In this document: one piece after another, positions 27,670-41,303 of the stretch
Layout of the letters: the number at the start of each line of letters is the position of its first letter
Position numbering within the stretch: the first letter of the stretch is position 1
Origin: Octopus sinensis
Taxonomy: Eukaryota
Direction: 5' to 3'
Assembly: GCF_006345805.1 (NCBI RefSeq)
Contig: NC_043000.1
Span: forward strand, 24,552,001 to 24,616,000
Length of the DNA stretch: 64,000 nucleotides
The notes under the pieces: model-generated
Told to the model about the DNA's origin: nothing
Database searches by the model: none
The model's input: the letters and a program-made list of their open reading frames with translations, nothing else
Position numbers and translations under genes: made by a program

Positions 27670-28020
27670 TAATAGTAATAATTTCTCTAAAAGAAATGGA
27701 GAAACTTTCAAAATACAAAGACCTGGAAACAGAGGTAACTCAAATGTGGAATCTAAAAACAGAAACAATTCCTATCATCGCAGGTGCATTAGGTATGATA
27801 AAAAAATATTCAGACAAATACATAACAAAAACACCAGGACTTACAAATATATATAACATACAGAAAATTGCACTACTGGGCACTGCACCCATCCTATGCA
27901 AAATGCTTTCAATACAGTAACCATAAGAGCATCACAGCAAACCACAGCACACATCCGAGGCACACAGATCTACGCTCGGTAGTGAAGTGAAAGTACGCTA
28001 TAAAAATAAAACTACTGGAT
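27670..28020 (+). mobile_element. R4/Dong-like 3' fragment
   Basis: KEMEKLSKYKDL...IPIIAGALG...IQKIALLGTA stop, then UTR and (AAT)n. Confidence 0.8.
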
Positions 28021-28699
28021 AATAATGATAATAATAAGTCTTCATTGACCTCAAAGGCAGCAAAAACATTTTGGACAATGCAAGAACAAAGGATAGTAAG
28101 AACTTACATAGAAATGTGTAACAAAAATAACAATAATCTTTTCTACTCTAGGCACAAGGCCCGAAATTTTAGGGGAGGGGGCCAGTTGATTAGATAGACA
28201 CCAGTACACAACAGGTACTTAATTAATCGACCCCAAAAGGATGAAGGGCAAAGTTGACCTTGGTGGAATTTGAACTCAGAACATAAAGACAGACGAACAG
28301 AACGTAAAGACAGACGAAGAAAAATAATAATAATACAGCAGTCATTAATATATAAAATACGTTTAGTAATTGTTTGGTGATCTTTTTAGACGCTACAAAT
28401 CATGAAACATCTCCAACTCACCAACTGAATGTCACTACAATTTCTATGCCTGACAGTCAATGAATATTCTTCTTGACAATCTTACCAAACCCTCCCCACT
28501 CCCCCACCACAAGAGCTGTGTTGCTCCTCAGAGCCAGAGAATACTTCAGCCCTCATTTGCTGAGTCCTAATTTTGTACTGCTCCCACATATCAGATGGTG
28601 GTGCTGCTCTATCTACATATATATATATGTACATATAAGGGTCCCTGCTAGAAATATCATTATGAGAGCATATTCGGAAGGAGATAATTCAAGAACAGA

Positions 28700-28930
28700 G
28701 CAGAGTGAATGATGTGACACAAAATTCACGGACAACAGGTGGACTTTTGAAGTTGTCAAATAGTATCCAAAAGATTAGAAAGGACCACCTTGAAGGGCCC
28801 CAGGATGATGGAAAGATGATCTAGTTAAGCAATTTGGGTCATGATGGAAAAGATTGGCACAATCAAGACAGAATTGGAAGTGCATTGTGACCAGCTGACC
28901 AGCAGTGCATAACACCATCTGATGGTCTGG
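28700..28930 (+). mobile_element. Old RTE-like LINE 3' remnant; another at about 51830-52010
   Basis: Decayed YPKD*KGPP*RAPG*WKDDLVKQFGS*WKRLAQSRQNW resembles the GRP..RW.D.L terminal motif. Confidence 0.5.
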
Positions 28931-31900
28931 CTGATACTGTGTCACACACACACTCTCTCTCTCTCTCTAATAAGGAAAAATTTTGTAGTGACAGTCATCA
29001 GACTGTCAACCTTTACACTTTGTAGAAGTTATATGTATTCTACTAAATAGTACTGAGTATCCATAAGACCTGGAGAAAAAGGGCATATCATTGATGAGGT
29101 TGTGAATGGTGACAATGGAACTCTGACAAACCAAATTGATTAAGAATTAATCAATGGAGCTCTGACAAACCAAGTTGATTAATTGACTGATGGAAGAATT
29201 AATCAAACAGTTGATTAGTTAACTGGTTAAACTAGTTGACTAATAACAATAAAAAGATAAAATAGAACCAATAGCACTTCTATGATGTTGTTGCTACCAT
29301 GTGTTAGCAGAACCATTTCTGATTCATATTCTAAGAAACATTCTACAAGAGTCTGTAATCAATCAAGTTTTTCTGTTTCATTCACTTCACACTAATAGGC
29401 TTTCACCACCACCACCACCACCCATCCTTACAACTACATCTATTTTGGAATTCCATTACAGTTCACAACTTCTCACCAACCCACAATCTAATCTAAATAT
29501 AATCTACGCCAATTTTAACCAACAATTCCACCCTTCCTGGTTTATGGATCTCATTCTTTCTTCTTTGGTATTCATAAAATCAAAAGCACCTGTTGAATTT
29601 CACGGTAACACTTAAATGGATCTCATTATAAAAATAAGATATGTAATGTAATAATAATAAAATAGCAAGTTTTGTAAAGCTAGGAGGATGAGGCTGTGTC
29701 GTAATATATTCGAGGAACTGATTCATAGAAACAACAAAAAAATATAAACAACAATACAACAAAAAAATTATTCAGCAATAAGTACAGCAGCAACAATAAC
29801 ACACATGTAATTACAAGAGGTTATAATAACAAGAATTCCTAAGTACTAGAATCATAGATCTGAAAATAGAAAATTAGATTACTGGCACCAAGATGACATC
29901 CCTCTCTTAACTCTGACAGATCTTGCTCAAACCCTATATTCTTCATAAAACTACATCCTGGTTTCTATCTATCTATCTTTCTTTTTTTTTTTTGTTTTCT
30001 GTTTTTTTGTACCTACAGCAGAACCTCTGCAGATTTTTGCAGGAGATATTCTGCTCTTTTATTGGTTCATTATTGACCCAGAACCGTGAGAGGAACTGAT
30101 GTGATGCGAGTAGAAAACTGCTGTTGATATGCTCCATGAAAGAAATAACATTTATACATCCTGCCAAATTGTCTCTCAAATCCCATAAAGTATGTTATAT
30201 TGTTATAAATAGTTACCTGTAGGTGGAACAATTGTTTTTCTTTAAAACAATAATAGACATGTGGTGCACCCTGGAGGCCAGTGATTGCAAGGGAGATAAT
30301 CACTTCTAGATAAATCTCAAAGCTATTAAAAGTTTGAATATCAAATCATAAACCAAGGAAGAAAATGCATGTCTTTTATCTTTTATTTGTTTCAATTATC
30401 AGACTGCAGCCATGCTGGAGCATTGCTTTGAAGAACTTTAGTCAAACAAATCAACCCCACTACATATTTCTGTTTTTTTAACCCTGGTACTAATTCTATT
30501 GTTTTTTTTTGCTGCAGGGGATGTGAATACACCAACACCAGTTCTCAAGTGATGGTTGGGTACAGACACCACACACACACACACACGCGGCAGGCTTTTT
30601 TCAGTTTCCATCTACCAATTCCATTCACAAGGCTTTGATTGGCCTGAGGCTGTAGTAGAAGACACTTGCCTAAGGTGTCATACAGTGGGTCTGAACTTGG
30701 GACCAATTGGTTGGGAAGCAAGCTTCTTACCACACAGCCACACCTGCACCTATCACATAGCCACAAATATACAAATTTAATTTTATTTTCTTAAAATTTC
30801 TTATCATAGAAGAACAGAAAGAAAAAAATAATACTATTGAGAAAAATTGGTTTTTACTAAGAACTAAGAGAGTAAACTGTAGCCCCAGGTCAGTGCTGAT
30901 TGAGCAAAATTATGATCAAAGACAATCCAGCTGTGATCATCCTGTTTACTTTCAGGAATTGGATAACTTCAATCAATGAGTTTATTTTTAAGACAGAAAA
31001 ATATATGATTTGTAAGAATTTAGCTACTACTTCTAGCAAGTCAATCAACATATCCTAAAAAGGCAACTTTATTGGCAATTGAAGATAAAACACTCTATGT
31101 TGTAGCTAGTGGTTGAATGTGAAATTACAGTGCCGTAGATCATAAGTTCAAAACCTGTTAAAGATATTGCCTTATGCTAGCTTTTAAGAAGGGCATATTA
31201 CATAATGTTCCAACATCTCAGAACACAATTTAAACTACATTAACGAGGCCAGAGAGGGCAGCATATAGCCTTAATAAATCTACTCAGCAGATAAATACAA
31301 AGTTTTTCTGCAAGATGATAAGATAATAATGATGAGAAGGCAGGAGATGAAAGTGATGATAAGGAGAAGAGGACAAGAATCTTCATCTTAATATTAAAAA
31401 AAATGTTTCTTATAATTTTATCTCTTTTTATTGTTTTCCAATATATATATATATATATATGTTATGTACATTTTTTTAAAAGTAATTTGCACAAGTAATC
31501 ATTTTTATCGTGTAGATTTTGACAATCATATCAGATAAAGATACAATAAAAAATTTCTGGATAGATGCTGCTGATTGTGGATAACGCTTTATTTTCTTAA
31601 TATTTTCCAAATTACAGATAATTCTAGCTACACTTAAACGTTCTGTGATACATATCTCCCTAGCGATGGCAGCAGATTGAAATTAAGCATTTTAGAGGTT
31701 GATTTATCTTCCACATACTCTTATATTAACTAGTAACTCATCTGCCTACCATTAGATCTCAGTTTCTGAAAATCTTACTCACATCCAAAGAAAGGAAGAA
31801 TAATTGAAAACGGATTGCTTGACTTTCATGCAGTTTTCCTGTGATGTTTAAATGAACAGGACTCCCTGCCACTGACAGTTAAAAGGAAAAATAAAAAAAG

Positions 31901-34399
31901 TGCAAAATGAGGTGAAAATACACACAAACACACACACAGATATATTTGAACTTGAGATACTGCTAGGGTAGTTACGGTAGTTACAGATCCCTTTAAGATT
32001 GGAGAATAACAACAGATGGCTTAAAAATGTAACCAGATATGCATTAGAAAAGGTTATTAGTTCCGTGGATACAGTCAGGTGGAATTGAAGGTGATAATAG
32101 TAGATTAAAAATGAAGAGGTTTGTTGTTTGTAAAGTTCAGAGCTTACTAACCTGAAGAAAAAAAACAAAAAACAAACTACAAAATCAATGTAGCTATAAG
32201 TACTTCTTATTAAAACAAAATAAAGGGCCATAAAATTAATTTGTTTCCTCAATATCTTAATATATTTTGAAAACAAAACATTTGTAACAGATTTGTGTCA
32301 TATGGCAAGAAACCATTGGGGAAAGAAAAGAAAATATGCAGATATTTGTAACCAAAGTTGAACTCTCTAATGGTAAGCTTCATCATCTCCAGGGACTAAA
32401 AACGTATGGGGGGGGGGGTTAGCATTTTGGAAGTCAGCAACATCAGTGTGGCCCTGTTCACCTAGCTGTAAATAAATATTGCAATGTGAAAAAATTCTGC
32501 TATAAGCAATGGTAGCATTGTAGAAATCAAGAATAGTTCCATTAGTTTGCAATCTTAGTTCAGATCCTCATGTGAGTATTATTAAGAAGTTGATGGGCTC
32601 CACTAATCTAGTTTGCCTAGACATGATAATGCAGTCTGACAGTATGAAGTTGAAGATATCTTTTTACAACTCAGACCTTTATAATGAGTTTCAGGTAGGA
32701 TGTTAACGAGAAACCTTAAAGAAATACCAAATTTTAGAGACACTCAAAGACAATATTATTACATTGTATGTAATAGCAGCTTTATACCTCATGTGTAAAC
32801 AGTGCATCCATGCAGAATGTACTTCTAACTGACCAGGGCTGAAGTATTTTATGGCCACAAAAAGGATACCTCGTCTTTGGGATAGGTGTTATGAGAGATT
32901 AATAGAGATGTGAGAACAAACATTTGTAAATAGATCTGAGGGTTTTAGCTGTATGTCAGTCAAAAGTAAAGATAATGATGTGACATTATTTCTTTGATAT
33001 GTGAAGGATTTGAGTTTTGATGTTTTTGAAGAGAGGAGATCATCATGTCCCATTGAAGTGTGTTTTTCAACGTTTTTGTTCATTGTAGAAGTTTAAGTTT
33101 CACCAGATTACATGTGGATAACCAGAAGGCTGAAGAAAATTGGATGATGATTTAATCAACCTAGGACTGAGTTATTGGAAGGTCCTCCATATACAGAAGT
33201 GTGTGCACTTGCAGAACTCAAAAGTATATGACAGTTACTATAATGCAAGTTTGAGACAGAGTTCTGGTGAAAGAGACAGACACAAGAGACAAACTGAACC
33301 TATTGTAGGCCATCAACTTAGCAACAAAAAGTTTTGCAGGTAAGTGCAACACCATTGCTCTCAGTGAATTTATCAAAAGCCTAGTGATTAGGGTGCATTG
33401 TGCTCTTGAGAAAATCACTTCATTTCACATTATTCCAGTCTACTCCACAGTAAGTGAGTAACCCTGTGATGGACCAGAACCCCATTCAGGGAGAACATTG
33501 TGATCTTGGTCACTTAAATGCCATGGGGACGGGGTAACTGGCCCTATGAGCCTTAGGACTTGAGACAGTAGTGTCCAGGGGATGGTAAGTAAGATATTAC
33601 TGGTTTATGATATAGGAGAACTGAGTCTTTACATTACATGGTTCCATTGTAAATACTGGTTACTTGGAAAGGAAAGAGACATAAAATGCTAAAATGGTGT
33701 TGTGTGATTCTTCACCACTTTTGCAATGGAAATAAATGCCAAATTTTGTTGTTGGCAGAGTCAGAGAAGTTGGCACTTCTTGAAAATAAAAGAATGGATT
33801 CCACCAAAACAGAACGGTAAAGCTTTAATGAATGCTTTTTTATTGTGGGCTGATGTTGTTTAGACCAAAAATAAACTCTGAATAAACTTGTGGTCAAGCT
33901 TTTAAATAGTAATTAGTAATACACTATCTAACCTGTCCTTCCATTTATCAAAGTGGTAGTATATGATTTAGAAAAAATTTGGCTGTTATTTCTAGCAGAT
34001 TGATTAGCTACATGAAGCCGCCCTCATAGACTTGCAATGTGATTGAGATAACAAGTACGAAATATCATGCAAGACTGATAAGAGGTGGTGATATCAATAA
34101 ATAGATGGTGTGATAAATTTAATAAATTTAATTTCCATTTACATCTTCAATAAAAGTTTGAAAATTGAAAGTAATGGAACAGAAAATCTTTATTAGTTTG
34201 GTAAATGATAGCATGCTTTAAAACTCAATAATTTCAGTGATTTTTATAGGAAAATTTGATCCTGTTTGGGTTAAATAATCAAATTCATTTCCATAAGAGA
34301 AAATATTCTGATAAAATATAAAAATTTAATTAAAAATCTAATAATAAAAAATTGACAGGAAATTCATAGAGAATGCCAGTAACTCCAAGACTTTTAGAG

Positions 34400-34782
34400 C
34401 CCCCCCCCAGCAGTGGCACGTAAAAAGCACCATCCATACGTGGTCGATGCCAGTGCCACCTTGACTGGCTTCCGGGCCAGTGGCATGTAAAAAGCACCAA
34501 CTGATCGTGACCGTTGCCAGCCCCCCCAGCACGTAAAAAGCATCATCCGTATGTGGTCGATGCCAGTGCCACCTTGACTGGCTTCCATACTGGTGGCACG
34601 TAAAAAGCACCCATTACACTCACGGAGTGGTTGGCGTTAGGAAGGGCATCCAGCTGTAGAAACACTGCCTGATCAGACTGGAGCCTGGTGCAGCCTCCTG
34701 GCTTCCCAGACCCCGGTCAAACCATCCAACCCATGCTAGCATGGAAAACAGACGTTAAACGATGATGATGATGATGATGATG
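34400..34782 (+). mobile_element. RTE 3' tail
   Basis: ggcacgtaaaaagcacc modules, terminal domain and (GAT)n. Similar tails lie at 15160-15260 (+), 36540-36730 (-), 37245-37525 (+) and 37778-37930 (+). Confidence 0.85.
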
Positions 34783-35449
34783 AAGTCTATCATCCTTAAA
34801 TTCCTTTTCAACAGAATCTCTCTCTCTCTCTTCCTTCTTCTAAATTCCCTTTTTTCTTATTTTATCAGAACCTTAAAGCACACAAATATCGTTTTATCTA
34901 GTATCGTGTTGGGAGCATGAAACTTGTCCACAGCCTGGAAACCTCATGTAGCTAAATCACAAATGAACTATTTTTACATTACTATTTTCTGAAAACACTG
35001 CAGACAACGTAGAATTGAGGTAGTGAAAATATAGAAGATACTGCAGGGTGCAAGTGAGCAAAGAGAAGCTCAATATGGCAGAATAGCAGGTTTAGTAAAC
35101 AGGTTCCTTAGCACAGTAGGAGTTGACTCTTAATCGGATAACCAGAATCACAGTTGATCTTTTAAAACATACCCCTCTATAATAAATAAAAAAACACCAA
35201 TCATAGCATTTTTCAGTGGGTTTCTCAGCATTTCTATTTTTTAAAAAATAACTACAAAATGCTTTTCATCGAAGAGAATTAAGTTTGCTTTACAAAGAGA
35301 AAGAGAAAAAAAAAAAGAGTCAAGGAAATACTTGGTTTAGTAACTTCAATGTCGCGTGCTTATTTGAAATTTTTTAATAATAAGCTTTTGTAACAACAAT
35401 AATGATAATAATTATAACAATGATAATAATAATAATAATAATAATGATG

Positions 35450-35501
<52 letters not shown>

Positions 35502-35779
35502 TAATAATAATAATAATAATATATTCAGGGACCTTTTGAGCAGGATGAGCTACTCGACCTGAAGAAAATTCTAACTGGGCTCCACCTGCAAGGTCATGTG
35601 CTGTTTATCTTGATATGAGATCACCATGTCGCACACGTATAGTTATGATGCTTGTGCTTGGTGTACCATTATCAAACGGGTAGTCACAATGGGTATACTG
35701 GGCTTCGCATATTTTACCCCAATGTCACTTTGATGGCATGCACTGCTCTCTCACTCAATAATAATAATAATAATAATAA

Positions 35780-36060
35780 TAAATGCCTTATAATTGACAT
35801 ACCAGTCCCAACTGATGACAATGTATCTCTAAAAGAAACAGAAGAACTCTCAAAATATAAAGATCTCGAAATAGAGATAACTCAAATGTGGGGCCTGAGG
35901 ACAGAAATGATCTCTGTAATAATAGGTGCATTAAACATAATTAAAAAAACATACAAATACATAACCAAAACACCAGGACTTATGAATATATATAACACAC
36001 AGAAAATAGCACTGCTAGGCACCACACACATCCTACACAAAGCATTCTCAAAATGTGTTT
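35780..36060 (+). mobile_element. R4/Dong-like 3' fragment
   Basis: IIDIPVPTDDNVSLKETEELSKYKDL...VIIGAL...QKIALLGT, directly after (AAT)n. Confidence 0.8.
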
Positions 36061-37525
36061 TAACACAGGTTTACACCAAGAATCTTGCAAACCAAATCTA
36101 AAGCCGTGACAAATGTAATTCTATAGAAGAAATTAGACTGCAATCAATGGGGAAATGTTCAGGTCGATAGCATAAGTTTATGAATTTTAAAATATTTTGC
36201 CATGCTTCCATTTTTGAAAGTCAGCTGGATTGTGATGATTTGAATATTTAAACCTTTCGTTACCATATTCCTGTTGAAATACACTGTCAATATTGACAGT
36301 GTTTAGAACATAAATTAACATGAAATTTGTATGATAGCAGCAGGGGTGGTCTCAGATGGATTGGTATCAAAGGGGATAATTGTCTTTCCTATTCCTAACC
36401 ACACATTTGTGAAGAGGAGTTAAAGTCAAGGAGGGAGCCTACACATAACACAACATGCTTGAAATGGTAGTTAAACTTCCCACAAATTCCACCCAAGCAC
36501 CTTAAATAAAGAATACACTGGACATTATATAAAATTGAAATCATCATCATCATCGTTTAACGTCCGCTTTCCATGCTGGCATGAGTTGGACGGTTCGACT
36601 GGGGTCTGGGAAGCCAGGAGGCTGCACCAGGTCCATTCTGATCTGGCAGTGTTTCTACAGCTGGATGCCCTTCCTAACGCCAACCACTCCGTGAGTGTAG
36701 TGGGTGCTTTTTACATGCCACCGGCACAGTGTGCTAACAAATGGAACACCTTTGACTAAGGTTGACCTGGGACTAGACTACAATAAAAACTATGAAGTAG
36801 AAGTGGGGTATTTATTTTTCACCTTGATTATACCTGTAAATTCTGAGTCAGTCAGAACTTAAGGAAGACAAGAAGCAGATATTTAGCATCTTACTCATGT
36901 ACTTCAACAAAGTTTTCTATCTATTTGTCATTTTTTCCACTATTTCTCAGCATATAACACTTATCATTTAAACATCCTATCTTATCTTATCTTCACGTCT
37001 ACCTTATGTTCAACACACCCTGTTTTAATACCCAGGGTACTCTGTTAGTGTATAAAACATCGATGGTTATAGCAGAGCTTTGAAACTGATGACATTGCAG
37101 GCAGGAGCCAAATGGTTTTACCACTCATACAGGACACCTAACTTGGCATCGTTTTTGCATTTGATGCAGTTTTACCTGCAGCTGTAAACTAGCAGCAGCC
37201 CAAGAAGAACATTGACTTTACCAGTACATGCATCTATATATATATATGATGCCAGCACTGTCTTGACTGGTGTCCCTGTCGGTGACATGTAAAAGTACCA
37301 ACCGATCGTGGCTGTTTGCCAGCCTCTTCTGGCCCAGTGCCGGTGGCACGTAAAAAGCACCCACTACACTGATGGAGTGGTTGGAATTAGGAAGGGCATC
37401 CTGTAGAAACACTGCTAGATCAGACTGGAGCTTGGTGCAGTCTCCTGGCTCCCCAGACCCCGGTCAAACCGTCCAACCTATCCTAGCATGGAAAACAGAC
37501 GTTAAACGATGATGATGATGATGAT

Positions 37526-37573
<48 letters not shown>

Positions 37574-38640
37574 TAGCTTCTTCTTAATGATTTAAAAATA
37601 AGTAACCAAGTTATACAGTGTCCAATACAACAGTAGATTAATACAACACAACAAAAAATATATAACACATGGCACAATTAAATTTGGAATTATTCGACTT
37701 GAGTTACAGTGTCTTGCAATTTCTTTAAGAATAACACCTGAAGAGATTGGCAAGATTGAAAATTAAATCAAATAGCTCCAAACTCTCGGAGTGGTTGGCA
37801 TTAGGAAGGGCATCCAGCTGTAGAAACTTTGCCAGATCAGACTGGAGCCTAGTGCAGCCTTCTGGCTCACCAGTCCTCAGTCAAACCGTCCAACCCATAC
37901 CAGCATGGAAAGCAGATGTTAAACGATGAGCAATAAATTTTAGCTAACTTATGCCAGCAACTTATTTTTAAAATGGTAAACTAAATTGGACTGTTTTAGC
38001 TTGTGAGTATTAAGTATGAAAAGTTAGTAAAGTAATTAACAGAATTTCTAAGACTATAAAACAGACAAACAACAGGTGGAATGATAATCGTTATAATAAT
38101 TAATTAATTAATTAATTAATAGAATTAAAGTGAATAACGTAACAATAAAGATTGTAATTAGGAAACGGGTTGAGGGGGTTACATTAAAAGAAATAGGGAG
38201 GAGGTGGGGATGTAGTACAGTGGTATCAGTAGTGATGGTGTGAGAAAGAAGCAGTTGGCGGATGTCTACCACTGATAGATCTATGGCAGCAGCATTTATG
38301 TAGTGGTGGTGGTGGTGATATATGATAGGGAGATGAGTGTGTGGTGGGGGACATGACATTGCTATTGTTGTTGTTTAACCCCTGGTCGGCTTTGATTGAG
38401 TAGACCCATTATCTATCACAGTCATGACCATCATATTTTTGAGTTTGTAGGAGGTGGCGGTGTGGTAAGTAGCTTGCTTACCAACCAGATTGTTCTGGGT
38501 TCAGTCCCACTGCATGGCACCTTGAGCAATTGTCTTCTACTACAGCCTCAGGTCGACCAAAGCCTTGTGGGTGGATTTGGTAGACGAAAACTGAAAGAAG
38601 CCTGTCATATATATGTATATATATATATATATATATATGT

Positions 38641-38873
38641 AGGTCCCGGGTTGATTTGGGTTAACCACAGTGAATAAGGTACTCAATACATAGCAGAGTA
38701 AAATTAATTTATTATATAGAAGGAGCTTCTACAGGACTAGAACTGTTTCATTCAAGAGAAATCTTCAGGAAGCTAGTTAACAAGAATTGTATTGGCATTT
38801 ATACATTTAGGCGGGTTTAAAGGGGTGGTGGTGGGGGACTTTTTGGGAGTAGGCATAGCGCAAAATATCATAC
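38641..38873 (-). repeat. Inverted 5' pseudo-LTR of the PLE
   Basis: Near-identical reverse complement of 43047-43213, extending about 70 nt further. It abuts the truncated ORF at atcatact|agccgataat. Confidence 0.85.
38725..38773 (-). ncRNA. Type I hammerhead ribozyme in the inverted pseudo-LTR (identical to 43148-43196)
   Basis: Exact reverse complement of the 43148-43196 motif. Confidence 0.75.
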
Positions 38874-38875
38874 TA

Positions 38876-40619
38876 GCCGATAATGCCATCACAGCTAAGT
38901 ACAAGAAAGTAGACGACGCAGCGCTAACTGAAACCAACTTGGCCAGGAAAGAGATTGCCACCTCCCTTAAAATCGATGACCGAACCGAACCCCTGAGGGT
39001 GAAGTCCCCACACTTCACCCTGAAAGACCACAAAGACCATTTCGAAAATAAACCGTCGGTCCGTTTGATTAACCCAACCAAGTCTGACATCGGATCCGTC
39101 AGCAAGAAGATCCTGGACAGGATTTTACCAAAAATGCGTGAAGCTTCACCCCTTCCACTCTGGAATAGGACCTCCGAGGCAATAACCTGGTTCCGGGATT
39201 TACCTGACAAAAGCAACACCTGATTCCTACAACTGGATATCGAGGATTACTACGCCTCCATATCGGAGAGCTTGCTGATCGACGCGATTAACTTCGCCAG
39301 GAGGTCCTCCACCATCACCGAGGCTGAGCAAGATGTGATCCTCCACGCACGTAAGACTTTTCTTTTCTATGACGGATCCCACTGGATCAACAAAAAATCT
39401 GTGACCCCCTTCGACGTCAGCATGGGTGCTAACGACTCTGCTGAAATAAGTGACCTAGTGGGCCTTTTCATCCTCCATAGGCTGAAAACCCTATTCACAG
39501 GCCTCTCCGGTGGTCTTTACTGCGATGACGGCCTTTTCGCCCTCCACAAAATAAACCCCAGGACCACGGATGGGTTCCGGAAAAATCTTTACACCTTCTT
39601 TAAAAACTTAGGCCTTAGGATTACCTTAGAATCCAACTTAACAAAAGCTAACTTCTTGATGTCACCCTCGACTTAAAAACCTCACTTTATTACCCGTACC
39701 ACAAACCGAATGAATCCCTTAGATATATAGATATTAATTCCAACCACCCCAAAGATATATTAGATAACCTAGTAAAAAGTGTCTCAATTAGAATTTCTAG
39801 CCTGTCCGCCACGGAAGATATCTTTAAGGCCGCAGCCCCCTATTACAACGAGGCCCTGGCCCGCAGTGGCTTTAAAGATAAGATTACCTATACTAGTATA
39901 GCCCCACGCCAACCCAGGAAAAATAGACGAAGACACATTAGCTGGTACAACCCCCCCTTCAACCGTGAGGGGTCGCTACACCTGTAGCTAAAATCTTCTT
40001 CACTCTCCTACAGAAACACTTCCCCACCCAACATAAGTACTACACTATCCTAAATAAGAACACTATTAGACTCTCCTACTCCCACGCCCAATCTAGCCAG
40101 GAACCTAGCAAACAACAATGTGAAAAAACTTAACATATCTACTTTTCCGAGGCCCATCCAACGTCCGATAGCAATTGCAACTGCCCTGATAAAACCAACT
40201 GCCCCCTCAACAACAACTGCCTACAGAGGGACCTAGTATATACATGCGAGGTAAGATCAGGCCCTGACGAGAAAAGTAAATCCTACATCGGAATGACGTC
40301 AAACAGCTTTAAGACCCGTTGGTACGCACACACACACTTGTTCCGGCGACAGGATAAATCCAACCAAACTACCCTCGCCGCCCACATCTGGTGCCTTAAA
40401 AGGAACTCAATCCCCTTCAAGACCAAGTGGAAACTACTACAGAAGGCGCGCTCGTACACAGGAGGCCATACCTGCTGTGACCTCTGCATATCGGAGAGCC
40501 TAGAGATCTTGTTCGCCAAAGGCCCTCTCCTTAACAAAATCTCAGAACACTCCCCAAATTGCATGCATAAGAAGTATGCGAACTACAAGAACTATAGACC
40601 TACCCGGCAACCAGATTGA
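38876..40619 (+). pseudogene. Disrupted PLE ORF: reverse transcriptase, CxC/CPL linker and GIY-YIG endonuclease
   Basis: Motifs RLINPTKSDIG, FLQLDIEDYYASI, FDVSMGANDSAEISDLVGL, GLYCDDGL, NFL-DVTLDL (frameshift near 39657), WYNPPF, CNCPDKTNCPLNNNC, LVY...YIGMTSNSFKTRWYAH, CDLCISE. In-frame TGA at 39221-39223 and further frameshifts near 39960-40150. Confidence 0.9.
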
Positions 40620-40719
40620 TGACACCCCACCCACAAAACCCCCCCAATCCCACCGTTCCCCTAGCACCCCCGATTACCTTTTCTCCTAAGACCTTTCACA
40701 TATTGTATGTGCACGCTTG

Positions 40720-41270
40720 TATATGTGTATCGTATATATGTATAGAAATGTATGGGTATAGTAGGAATATACGCATGTATTATGTGTGTGTGTGTGTGGT
40801 ATTGTATATAAAAAAATATATATATATATATATATATGTATGTGCGTGTGTGTGTGTGTGTGTGTGTGTATATGAATATATGTATATATGTATATATGTG
40901 TGTATGCATATGTATGTGTATATGTATGTGTGTATGTATGTGTATGTATGTATAAAATATTATATAATTAGGGCTTAGTAAAATAAATTACTTTGCCACA
41001 TACTGAACATTCTAGAAATAGCAGCCAAAAAAGTTTTTTAGCCTCTTCCACTACTTAGAGAATATTTTCCCTCAGACATTGTTTACTCAAAATAATAATG
41101 GTCCTTTTACATACTGAATACTTGGTGAAATTGATTAATAACTAATTAACTTTACCCTCAATTGTTGATATATGTATGTGTGTGTGTATATATATGTATA
41201 TGTATATATATATATGTACATGTATGTATATGTGTATGTATGTATATATATATGTATGTATATATATATA

Positions 41271-41303
<33 letters not shown>

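Noticed and set aside
32000-33350. Several short open frames in the 32-33.4 kb repeat-poor region
   Set aside because: No consistent strand, phase or recognisable protein motif.
38792-38875. N-terminal part of track ORF 38792-39223 (MAFIHLGG...)
   Set aside because: It is read-through from the inverted pseudo-LTR, not real PLE coding sequence.
39221-39223. In-frame TGA in the PLE RT as a possible selenocysteine codon, as known for some Naiad PLEs
   Set aside because: The ORF also has frameshifts. The position does not look like a conserved Cys and is simply explained by CGA>TGA. No SECIS was identified.
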